This document shows, one piece after another, positions 1-8,529 of a DNA stretch of 64,000 bases. A model generated the notes under the pieces. It was not told the origin of the DNA. It saw nothing but the letters and a program-made list of their open reading frames with translations, and did no database searches. Both the position numbers and the translations under genes were made by a program. The number at the start of each line of letters is the position of its first letter. Positions within the stretch are counted from its first letter, which is position 1. Source of the DNA: an uncultured Gemmatimonadales bacterium (GTDB lineage Bacteria; Gemmatimonadota; Gemmatimonadetes; Gemmatimonadales; Gemmatimonadaceae); the NCBI GenBank assembly GCA_963850905.1, contig CAWKMU010000004.1:64001-128000 (forward strand), written 5' to 3'.

Positions 1-296
1 CGGATGGGCTCGACGTCACGGTGAACGGCCTCGGTGATCGCGCAGGCAACGCGTCGCTGGAGCAGGTTGCGCTCGCCCTCACCCTCGCGGGCCGACACAC
101 CGGCGTCGTGCTCACCGAGCTCCAGGCACTCTCACTCGTGGTCGAACGAGAAAGCGGTGTCCCGATCTCGCCACTCGCACCGGTGGTGGGCCGCTTCGCC
201 GTCAGGCACCGATCTCCTGCCCATCTGCCCCATCCCGAGCTGTTCGAGGCATACGATCCGGCGTTAGTCGGCGTGGCACGCACGCTCGATGCCTAG
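1..296 (+). CDS. 3' part of a LeuA/homocitrate synthase (HMGL-like, DRE-TIM) family enzyme without a C-terminal regulatory domain; 5' truncated by the window edge
   Basis: Open frame from position 3 reads DGLDVTVNGLGDRAGNASLEQV, matching the family motif TxNGxGERAGN; later PVVG..A.RH..AH and FEAYDPALVG resemble the LeuA post-catalytic segment; stop overlaps the NRPS start by 8 nt. Confidence 0.8.
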   Translation, partial: DGLDVTVNGLGDRAGNASLEQVALALTLAGRHTGVVLTELQALSLVVERESGVPISPLAPVVGRFAVRHRSPAHLPHPELFEAYDPALVGVARTLDA

Positions 297-3090
297 CGAC
301 GCCACCGACACGTCGGCGGGACCGTCGATCGCCCGCATGCCAGTAGCGGACACGGCGCACAATGGTGCGGTGAGCAGAACGGTGCCCCTGACGGTCGAAC
401 AGTCGATCTCGCGGTGCTTCGAGCGCCAGGCAAGACGCTACGCCTCGCGCACCGCGGTAGTTGGCGCGAATGCGGCCCTGACGTACGCGCAACTCAATGC
501 ATGGGCCAATCGGTGGGCTCGGGGGCTGCTGGCGCACTCCAACACGCCGTCGCAGCTCGTCGCAATCCTGCTTCCCAAGGATGCCGCGCTATTCGCTGCG
601 ATTCTCGGCACGCTGAAGGCCGGTAAGGCGTACGTCGTGCTCGATCCGTCGCATCCGGCGCACCGTCTGGCAACCCTGCTCGACGACGCTGGCACCGGGA
701 CCACGATCGTCACCGACCGAGAGTTGGAGTCGACTGCACGCGAGCTCGCCGGCTCCACGTCGTCGCGTCATCAGGTCCTGCGCATCGACGACCCTGGACT
801 CGACGAGCATGCCGCGTCCGATCTGGAGTTTACCCCAACCAGCGACGCGTTGGCATACCTCATCTATACCTCGGGATCCACCGGCACCCCGAAGGGGGTG
901 ATGCAGACGCACGGCAACGTGCTCTCCAACACCAGCCGGCACGTGAAGGCGCTACGCGTGACACACGCAGATCGGCTCACGCTCATCGCTTCGCCAGCCA
1001 CGGGCCAAGCGGCGACCGACATCTACTGCACCTTGCTGACCGGTGCGACAGTGTATCCGGTGGACGTGCGCACCGTGGGCTTCGACCGCCTCGCGCGCTG
1101 GCTCCGTCGTCAAGAGATCACGATCTATCATTCCAGCGCCTCGATGTTTCGGTCGCTGCTCGACGCGCTGGAAGAGACCGACACGATTCCACGTGTGCGC
1201 GTTGTGAAGCTCGGGAGCGAGCAGGTGTACCGGCGCGATGTCGAGCGGGGGCGGCTGCACTTTCCAACGCATTGCGTGTTCGTCAACGCGCTGTCGTCGA
1301 GTGAAGCAGGGGTCATGCGTCAGATACACCTCGAGCATGATGCGCCTCTCGACTTCGGCAGCGTCGTTCCCGTCGGATATCCCGTCGAGCACATCAATGT
1401 GTCGTTGGTGGATGCCGAGCGGCGCCCGGTGCCGCCTGGCGACCCAGGCGAGATCGTCGTGCGCGGCGAATACCTCAGCCCGGGATACTGGAAGCGCCCA
1501 GAGCTGACGCGCGCCGCCTTCGGCTGTGACCCGAGTGGCGGACCGGCTCGATCGTTCTCGACGGGCGACCACGGACGCATCACGCCCGACGGACGGCTGG
1601 TTTACCTGGGACGAAGCGACGACCAGGTGAAGATCAGAGGCTTTCGAGTCGAGACCGCCGAAGTGGAAGCCGCGATTGTCGATCATCCTGCCGTGCGCCA
1701 GGCGGTCGTGCGTGTGCTGCGCGATGACGCGGGCCAGGCCACGTTGGCTGCCTATGTCGTGCCGCGCGAGGGAGCGGCGCTCACCTCCCGCGAGCTGGAC
1801 CGAGTCCTTCGGACCCGGCTTCCGCTGCACATGATCCCCACTGCACTCGCGATCCTGGGTTCGCTCCCGCTCACGACGAGCGGCAAGCTCAATGTGCAGG
1901 CCCTTCCACCGATCAGTCGCTCCCCACGCAGTGGCGGAAGCACCGAGTACAGAAAGCCGCGCACACAGATCGAGATCCTCCTCGCGAACATTTGGGAGGA
2001 GCTGCTGGGCGTCGGTCCCGTGGGTGTGCACGACGACTTTTTTGACCTGGGTGGCCACTCGTTGCTGGCGATCCAGATGATGGATCGGGCGGAAAAAGTG
2101 TGCGGATTGAGAGTGCCGCTATCGACCCTCCTTCGCGGCGCGACCATCGAGCAGTTGACCGCCGAAATGCTCCGATCGGACCCCAACCCGATGGACGCGC
2201 GACTCATCGAGCTGCAGCCCGGCACGGGACTGCGGCCATTCGTGTTCCTGCATGGAGAGTTCAACGGCGGCGGCGTCTATTGCCGGCAGCTCGCCGCGCG
2301 CCTTGGACCCGACCGGCCCTTCGCCGTCATTCCGCCGCATGGACACGACGGTGACGACATCCCGGCAACGATCGAAGCGATGGCCGCGGACCGACTGCAC
2401 GCCCTGCTCGAATACCAGCCCCAGGGTCCATACTTGCTCGGCGGCTATTGCAATGGCGGTCTCGTAGCGTTCGAGATGGCCCGCCAACTCGAGCGGCGGG
2501 GCGCATTGGTCGACCTGCTCGTGTTGGTGGATGCCAGAGCGCTCAACGTCAGGTTCGCATGGCTGCAACGTCTCGTGGCGATCCTTGGGCGAGTGACCGG
2601 TCTCGGCGACCAGGCGCGCTCCGACACCTTCTTCGTCCTGCGATCGCTGGCTATCGCGCTGCACAACGGCCCCCGCACCTTTGGCCGGGAGCTGCTGCAC
2701 CGCGCGCGGCGGGCAGCCCACCGGATGAAAAGCGGGGCGCATGCCTCGGTGCGCCGACGCATTGGGGCCGCGGCCGTGCGGGCACACGACGCGCGCCCGA
2801 TCGACGCCATCTACGATGAGGCGTTCAAGGTGTACCGCGACATCATGGATCGATACGTACCGGCCCGATACGAAGGCCGCGTCGCTCTGTTCCACTCTCG
2901 CGGCATGGCCCAGCGTTCACCGCGCGACGCAACCGCAGGATGGGGCCGGGTCGTGCCGGACCCCAAACTGCATTTCATCCCTGGCGAGCACCAGACTTGC
3001 CTGACGGATCACCTGGACGTCCTCGCGACACAACTATCCGCGGTCCTTGCACAGGTCGACGCGGGGCACCCGGCGTTGCACGAGACATGA
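289..3090 (+). CDS. Single-module NRPS-like enzyme (adenylation-thiolation-thioesterase)
   Basis: A-domain motifs LTYAQL, LAYLIYTSGSTGTPKG, GEIVVRG..LSPGYW, TGD, GRSDDQVKIRGFRVE, PLTTSGKL; T domain DFFDLGGHSLL; TE GPYLLGGYCNGG...PGEH. Confidence 0.93.
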   Translation: MPSDATDTSAGPSIARMPVADTAHNGAVSRTVPLTVEQSISRCFERQARRYASRTAVVGANAALTYAQLNAWANRWARGLLAHSNTPSQLVAILLPKDAALFAAILGTLKAGKAYVVLDPSHPAHRLATLLDDAGTGTTIVTDRELESTARELAGSTSSRHQVLRIDDPGLDEHAASDLEFTPTSDALAYLIYTSGSTGTPKGVMQTHGNVLSNTSRHVKALRVTHADRLTLIASPATGQAATDIYCTLLTGATVYPVDVRTVGFDRLARWLRRQEITIYHSSASMFRSLLDALEETDTIPRVRVVKLGSEQVYRRDVERGRLHFPTHCVFVNALSSSEAGVMRQIHLEHDAPLDFGSVVPVGYPVEHINVSLVDAERRPVPPGDPGEIVVRGEYLSPGYWKRPELTRAAFGCDPSGGPARSFSTGDHGRITPDGRLVYLGRSDDQVKIRGFRVETAEVEAAIVDHPAVRQAVVRVLRDDAGQATLAAYVVPREGAALTSRELDRVLRTRLPLHMIPTALAILGSLPLTTSGKLNVQALPPISRSPRSGGSTEYRKPRTQIEILLANIWEELLGVGPVGVHDDFFDLGGHSLLAIQMMDRAEKVCGLRVPLSTLLRGATIEQLTAEMLRSDPNPMDARLIELQPGTGLRPFVFLHGEFNGGGVYCRQLAARLGPDRPFAVIPPHGHDGDDIPATIEAMAADRLHALLEYQPQGPYLLGGYCNGGLVAFEMARQLERRGALVDLLVLVDARALNVRFAWLQRLVAILGRVTGLGDQARSDTFFVLRSLAIALHNGPRTFGRELLHRARRAAHRMKSGAHASVRRRIGAAAVRAHDARPIDAIYDEAFKVYRDIMDRYVPARYEGRVALFHSRGMAQRSPRDATAGWGRVVPDPKLHFIPGEHQTCLTDHLDVLATQLSAVLAQVDAGHPALHET

Positions 3091-3776
3091 TCTCGGAGCT
3101 GCTCCCGGCCTGCATCCGGGCCATCGAAACGGACGGTGAACCAGTCGCCGCGGATCCATGCATTGAGGAGCTCGCGTCACTCGGGCGAATGGCTGAGGGA
3201 CGACTGCGCGAGTTTCGGCTCGCCCGTCACTGCGCGCGCCGCGCGCTCTTCCAGCTCGGCCTCCCGCCGCGGCCAATCCCCGTAGGCCACGATCGCTGCC
3301 CCATCTGGCCGCACGGGGTCGTGGGCAGCATTACACACTGCTGGGACTATCGTGCCGCCGCGGTTGCCTTTCGCGCGCGTGTGGCTGGCGTCGGCATCGA
3401 CGCCGAGGTGAATGAGCTCCTCCCGCCGTCTACATTGTCGGTCGTCGTATCGCCAGCAGAACGCGAGGCGATCGGGGCGCTGCCACGCATCGGCGTCGCC
3501 TGGGACCGCCTCGTATTCAGCGCAAAAGAAAGCGCGTACAAAGTGTGGTATCCGATCATGCGATCGTGGCTGGATTTCGACGGCGCGCGGATTCACATCC
3601 ACCCCGATCCGACGGGCGGGCATCGCGGGTCGCTCACAGTGCAACTCCTCGCATCGCCACTCGTCGTCGACGATCGCCTCGTAGACCGGCTAGAAGGCCG
3701 CTACGCCGTCGACTCCGGGCGGATCGTCACCGCGATCGCCGTCAACGCCATTCCTTCGGTAGACTCGACCGGGTAG
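3087..3776 (+). CDS. 4'-phosphopantetheinyl transferase (Sfp/EntD type)
   Basis: R.REF..AR.CARRAL, PIWPHGVVGSITHC, GIDAE, FSAKESAYK motifs; ATGA overlap with the NRPS stop. Confidence 0.92.
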   Translation: MISELLPACIRAIETDGEPVAADPCIEELASLGRMAEGRLREFRLARHCARRALFQLGLPPRPIPVGHDRCPIWPHGVVGSITHCWDYRAAAVAFRARVAGVGIDAEVNELLPPSTLSVVVSPAEREAIGALPRIGVAWDRLVFSAKESAYKVWYPIMRSWLDFDGARIHIHPDPTGGHRGSLTVQLLASPLVVDDRLVDRLEGRYAVDSGRIVTAIAVNAIPSVDSTG

Positions 3777-3789
3777 ACAGAGCCATCCC

Positions 3790-4257
3790 ATGACAACGCG
3801 CGAGCACCTCGCCGACGCCCTCGGCTGGCATGAGGCCCACGTGACCTTCGATGACGCGGTCGAAGGCCTTTCGCCCGACCTGCGCGGCCGACGTCCCCCA
3901 GGATTCCCACACTCGCCGTGGGAGCTAGTGGAACACCTCCGGCTCACCCAACACGACCTCCTCGACTTCTGTCGAGACCCGGCGTATGAGGCGCCACCCT
4001 GGCCGGTTGGCTACTGGCCGAATGAGGCCGCGCCCCCGAGACCGCGTGCATGGGACGAGAGCCTGCGAGCCTACCGCGACGACCGCCGAGCATTCCAGGA
4101 GCTCGTGCGGGACACGGCCATCAAGCTGGAGGACCGCATCCCCCATGGCGAAGGCCAGACGTACATACGCGAGGTCCTCCTCGCGATCGACCACGCGGCC
4201 TATCACGTCGGCCAGCTGGTCGCCGTGCGTCAGGCCCTCGGCGCCTGGAAGACGTAG
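3790..4257 (+). CDS. DinB family protein
   Basis: HSPWELVEHL ... DHAAYHVGQL His-triad pattern; 155 aa, helical. Confidence 0.85.
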   Translation: MTTREHLADALGWHEAHVTFDDAVEGLSPDLRGRRPPGFPHSPWELVEHLRLTQHDLLDFCRDPAYEAPPWPVGYWPNEAAPPRPRAWDESLRAYRDDRRAFQELVRDTAIKLEDRIPHGEGQTYIREVLLAIDHAAYHVGQLVAVRQALGAWKT

Positions 4258-4275
4258 GGGACGGCTACCGCGGCG

Positions 4276-4701
4276 CTACGCTGGAGCCGCAGTTCGGGTC
4301 CCTTGCACGGCTGGACGGACTAGCCGGCTGGCGACGAGAGCGAACAAGCCGAGGATGATGCCCGACAGCAGGCCGATGAGGGGGCCCATCAGGAGCATCA
4401 TGACGCGCGGATGTCGGGCCAGCGGCATCGAAGCCATCATCTGCATTTCCTGCGGGTGCCTGGGCACATACTGATGGAACAGCAGCAGGTGCGCGCCGGT
4501 CACCCACACGCTGTTCGCGAGACCGACCAGCACGCCATGCAAGAAGGGACTGCCACCCCCGAAGCGCGCGATGGCATAGGCCGAGATCAGAAACACGACC
4601 AGCCAGCACACCGGCTCGACGGTGGACGGGATCAAGAAGACCGTGCCGACACCCATGAGGAGACCGAAGAGCGACAGCTGGATGATGAGCTTCGCATTCA
4701 T
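4276..4701 (-). CDS. Hypothetical membrane protein (about 4 TM)
   Basis: 141 aa with four hydrophobic stretches; GGAG upstream of ATG. Confidence 0.7.
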   Translation of the reverse strand: MNAKLIIQLSLFGLLMGVGTVFLIPSTVEPVCWLVVFLISAYAIARFGGGSPFLHGVLVGLANSVWVTGAHLLLFHQYVPRHPQEMQMMASMPLARHPRVMMLLMGPLIGLLSGIILGLFALVASRLVRPAVQGTRTAAPA

Positions 4702-4741
4702 GGCGCGCTCCGTCGTAGCGAGAGTTGGCCTGCCAGCAATG

Positions 4742-6694
4742 TCACTGTGTCACTTTGAGATACTTGTCGAGCCAGTCAACGGTGCGGGTGATCGCGTCGA
4801 TTTGATTCTCTCGCTTCGAGAAACCGTGTCCCTCGCCCGCGTAGTAATGGGCTTCGACCGTCTTTCCGTCTTTGGTGAGCAGATTGACGACCTGCTCCGC
4901 CTCCTCCTTCGGCACGCGGGGATCGTTGTCGCCCTGAAGCACCAGTAGCGGTGCTTTGACCGCGTGAATGAAGGTGATGGGCGAGGTGGCCTCGTAGACT
5001 TTCTTGTCCTTCTCCGGATCGCCCAACAATCCGATGATGTATTGCTGGAGGGATGGATCCGACCGATGCACCATGGTGCTCCAGTTGATGATCCCGTACT
5101 CCTCGACGGCGGCCGCCCAGATGTCCGGCACCTTGCCGATCGCCATGAGCGTCATGAACCCGCCGTAGGACCCCCCGGTGATGCCGATGCGCTTCGGATC
5201 CACGTAGCCCGTCGCCACCAGGAACTTCGTTGCAAAGACCTCGTCCTGCAAATCTCCGCCGCCCAGGTCCTGGTAATTGGCCTTTTGGAAATCCATCCCG
5301 TACCCGGTCGATCCACGCACGTTGGGAGCGATGCAGACGTAGCCGCGCGATACCAGTGCGGCGATGTCGGGCGTCCACGAATCGACCACCTGCCCGGTCG
5401 GACCGCCATGAGGCAGCACGAGCGCCGGCGCCGCCGCTGCCCGCTGCAGGTTGTTCGGCACCCACAGCAGCGCGCTGATCATCTTCCCGTCGAAGCCGCG
5501 ATAGTGCACGATGTGCGCGGGGGGCAGGGCCGCGCCGTTCAGGCTCGCGATCGCCGAATGCGTGAGCTGGTGCGACGTGCGCGAGGCGCTGGTGTAGACC
5601 CAAAAATCCCCCGGGCGCGTCGAGCTCTCGTGCGCGATGAGGAGCCGGTCCCCCGATGGCGCGAATGACGTCGGATACGCCGCAAGCCCATTGAACCCCG
5701 GGTCCATCGGTACGCGCGTCGCGTGCATCGTGGCGGGGTCGACGAGGTACACATTGGTCATCCCATTGGCATTCAACGTGTACGTGAATGACTGACCGGC
5801 TGGGGAGAAGTCTCCCGCCGTCGCCTCCCATTTCGTGTCAGTGGCCCATGTGAGACGTTTCGTGGCAACGTCGAGTAGCGCGACGTTGAGAAATCCTCCC
5901 TTGGCGTTCGAAGACACCAGCAACGTCTTTCCGTCGGGCGACAGTGAGGTCGCAAGGTTGATCACCTTGTCCGTGTGCGCCGTGAGATTCGTGGTCGCAC
6001 CACTCGCGACATCCACCGCATAGACATCCGCATCCGTGTAGTTGATGTCGACCCGATTCGCATAGAGCGTCTTCCCATCGGGACTCCACGCGACGGAGCT
6101 CCAACCATGATCGGGCGTCGCCTCGTGCGTGAGCTTGGACACCCGGTGGGTGTTCCAGTCGAGGAGCGCGAGATCGTACACCTTGCCGTCTTTCGGCTTG
6201 TAGTTGAGCGCGATCGTGCGCCCATCCGGCGACCAGCGCGGCGCTTCCTCACGGATATCCGGGGTGTTTGTGAGGTCGATGGGCGTCCCGCCACTACTCG
6301 GCACCGCGTAGACGTCCCACAGCTCGTTGCCGCCTGCATCCTGCTGGTATGCGATCCACTTGCCGTCGGGGGACCAGGTCGCGTTGAACTGGCGATCGTC
6401 AGACTGGACGAGTTGGATCGGCCATCCGCCGGCAGCGCTCACCTTCCAGAGATTCAACCGGCCTGCCAGGTCCGTCGTGAACGCGATCTCTTTGCCATCG
6501 GGGGACCACGACGCGCCGAATGTTGAACGCGTGTAGAAGAGATCGGAGATCGGAACGGGCCGCGCCCGCTGATCGACGGCAGATGAGATGGAGCGTGGAT
6601 CGGTGAGCTGACGGGTGTCCGGTCCCGACGCTTGTGCGAGCAGCAGCTCGCACGACAAAGGCGTCATCAGAGCAACGATTGAAAACAGACGCAT
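4742..6694 (-). CDS. Secreted S9 family (prolyl oligopeptidase-like) serine peptidase with TolB-like beta-propeller
   Basis: Signal peptide, WSPDG repeats, HGGP, GGSYGG nucleophile, D.RV and EGHG triad residues. Confidence 0.92.
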   Translation of the reverse strand: MRLFSIVALMTPLSCELLLAQASGPDTRQLTDPRSISSAVDQRARPVPISDLFYTRSTFGASWSPDGKEIAFTTDLAGRLNLWKVSAAGGWPIQLVQSDDRQFNATWSPDGKWIAYQQDAGGNELWDVYAVPSSGGTPIDLTNTPDIREEAPRWSPDGRTIALNYKPKDGKVYDLALLDWNTHRVSKLTHEATPDHGWSSVAWSPDGKTLYANRVDINYTDADVYAVDVASGATTNLTAHTDKVINLATSLSPDGKTLLVSSNAKGGFLNVALLDVATKRLTWATDTKWEATAGDFSPAGQSFTYTLNANGMTNVYLVDPATMHATRVPMDPGFNGLAAYPTSFAPSGDRLLIAHESSTRPGDFWVYTSASRTSHQLTHSAIASLNGAALPPAHIVHYRGFDGKMISALLWVPNNLQRAAAAPALVLPHGGPTGQVVDSWTPDIAALVSRGYVCIAPNVRGSTGYGMDFQKANYQDLGGGDLQDEVFATKFLVATGYVDPKRIGITGGSYGGFMTLMAIGKVPDIWAAAVEEYGIINWSTMVHRSDPSLQQYIIGLLGDPEKDKKVYEATSPITFIHAVKAPLLVLQGDNDPRVPKEEAEQVVNLLTKDGKTVEAHYYAGEGHGFSKRENQIDAITRTVDWLDKYLKVTQ

Positions 6695-6891
6695 TTGTGT
6701 CTCGAAGGCGGGTGAGAGATGTCTTCAATACGAACCGCGGCGGGGTGGTTTCGCCACGACCACCGCCACGCGCAAGCGATCCCTCATCCTAACTCAGACC
6801 GTCGGTCTGTGAAGCACTCCCTTCAATCCCCACCCGTCCGAAGGTTTGCCTCCGGAGTATTCGCTGGCACGCAAGCCCGGTCGAAGACCAG

Positions 6892-8529
6892 CTAGGGGGT
6901 GTGGATGAGGTGCTCCTCTGCGACCTGCACATCGATGCCAGGATGGTGGTCCGGTTTCGGAGATCCGCTCCCCGGCCCGGGCGGCGTCCCGGGGGGCGGT
7001 GCAGTCGCGGTCCCAGAATGTGGTGTGGTCGTGATAGTCCCGTCCGGGTGAGCCACTTCGACCGTGCCGGTGGAATTCGTGGTCGTGATGGATCCGTCGG
7101 GGTTATTCTCGATCGTCGTCCCGTCATGGGTGATGACTTGGACGTGCCCCCCTGGGTCGTTTGTGGTCACGGTCCCATCGGTGCCGATCGTTCGAGTCGA
7201 GCCGTCCCCGTAGCTGATTGAGAGCGACCCATCCGGGTTGGATTGCGTGACGGAATAGACGGTCCCGTCCGGATTGGTGATGGTAGTGGTCGAGTCTGTG
7301 ACCGTGGCCGTGGACCCGTCCGTGTGAGCGATCTGGACGCTTCCATCCGGGTTGAGCGTCGAGATCGACCCGTCTGGGTTCGTCGACGTGGTGGTCCCGT
7401 CGGGGCTATCGACTTGGGCCGTCCCATTGGGGTTCGTCGTCGTAATCGACCCATTGGGGTTGGCCTGTATCGTCGTCCCATTGGGCGTGGTCAGCGTGGT
7501 CGTGCTGGACCCGGTGGGATCGGTCGTCGTAACGGATCCGTCGGGGTTGGTCGTGGTGCTCGTGCCGTCGGGACTGAACGTGGTCGACGTGGTGATGGTG
7601 GGCTCAGTCGACGGCGCGCTCGTCCCCGTCGCGCCAGAGTCTCCCGACGAGATCGTCGTGTTGGGAAGGGTCGTCGTCGTGCTCCCGTCAGGCGTGGTCG
7701 TTGTGCTGCTCCCATCGGGATACGTGGTGGTGGTCGTCGTCCCGCCCGGGCCGAACGTCGCCTGCACGGTCATCGTGGGCTCGGCGGGGCTGGTGACGCC
7801 AGTCCCGTCGCCTGTACCCGCGGTGGGGTCGCCTTCGACCACGGTCTCCGGCACCGTCGTCGTCGAACTCCCGTCGGATCCCGTCGTGGTGCTGCTCCCG
7901 TCGGCGTTGTACGTCGTCTGCGTGGTCGTCGTGGACGTGGTCCCGTCGGGATTGGTCGTGGTCGTCGTGGTCCCGCCCGGACCGAACGTCGACTGCATGG
8001 TCATGACGGGTTCGTCGCTCGCCTCGGCGGTGCTCGCGCTCGGGTCACCTTCGACCACGGTCTCCGGCACCGTCGTCGTCGAACTCCCGTCGGATCCTGT
8101 CGTCGTGCTGCTCCCGTCGGCGTTGTACGTCGTCTGCGTGGTCGTCGTGGATGTCGTCCCGTCGGGATAAGTCGTCGTAGTCGTGGTTCCGCCCGGACCA
8201 AACGTCGCCTGCATGGTCATCGTGGGATCGGTCGACGGCGCGCCCGGACCGCCCGCGCCTGAACCGCTGCCCGAACCGCCTGAACCCCCTGAACCCCCTG
8301 CGCCCGATCCGGAACCTGCCCCGGCGCCAGAGCCGTCTCCGCTACCCGACCCATCACCCGGGCCCGTTCCATCACCTGTGCCACCATCGCCGGCCATGCC
8401 ACCCATCCCACCCATACCACCCGCGGCGCCCGCGGCGCCCGCGGCGGCACCGAGCGATGGTGCGACGCCAGCGCCCGCTGGGGCGCAGCTCGTGCACCAG
8501 TGCACGATGGAAATCAGCATGTCGATCAT
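6892..8529 (-). CDS. Gly/Thr-rich repeat protein with many T-T-T-(N/Y)-P-D-G-(S/T) units
   Basis: ATG at 8529 overlaps the PrsW stop (ATGA) and follows GGGGGA; about 545 aa; ORF-finder start at 8664 lies inside the PrsW gene. Confidence 0.75.
   Translation of the reverse strand: MIDMLISIVHWCTSCAPAGAGVAPSLGAAAGAAGAAGGMGGMGGMAGDGGTGDGTGPGDGSGSGDGSGAGAGSGSGAGGSGGSGGSGSGSGAGGPGAPSTDPTMTMQATFGPGGTTTTTTYPDGTTSTTTTQTTYNADGSSTTTGSDGSSTTTVPETVVEGDPSASTAEASDEPVMTMQSTFGPGGTTTTTTNPDGTTSTTTTQTTYNADGSSTTTGSDGSSTTTVPETVVEGDPTAGTGDGTGVTSPAEPTMTVQATFGPGGTTTTTTYPDGSSTTTTPDGSTTTTLPNTTISSGDSGATGTSAPSTEPTITTSTTFSPDGTSTTTNPDGSVTTTDPTGSSTTTLTTPNGTTIQANPNGSITTTNPNGTAQVDSPDGTTTSTNPDGSISTLNPDGSVQIAHTDGSTATVTDSTTTITNPDGTVYSVTQSNPDGSLSISYGDGSTRTIGTDGTVTTNDPGGHVQVITHDGTTIENNPDGSITTTNSTGTVEVAHPDGTITTTPHSGTATAPPPGTPPGPGSGSPKPDHHPGIDVQVAEEHLIHTP
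7700..8220 (-). repeat. Intragenic direct repeat: two near-identical ~180-bp copies at 216-bp (72-aa) period plus a partial third copy
   Basis: 7826-8004 vs 8042-8220 both encode MTMQxTFGPGGTTTTTTxPDGTTSTTTTQTTYNADGSSTTTGSDGSSTTTVPETVVEGDP; partial copy ends at 7773. Confidence 0.9.

Noticed and set aside
7352..8170. Val-rich 272-aa plus-strand ORF that looks like a membrane protein
   Set aside because: It is the antisense mirror of the Thr codons in the repeat protein; the minus-strand ORF has the SD and translational coupling.
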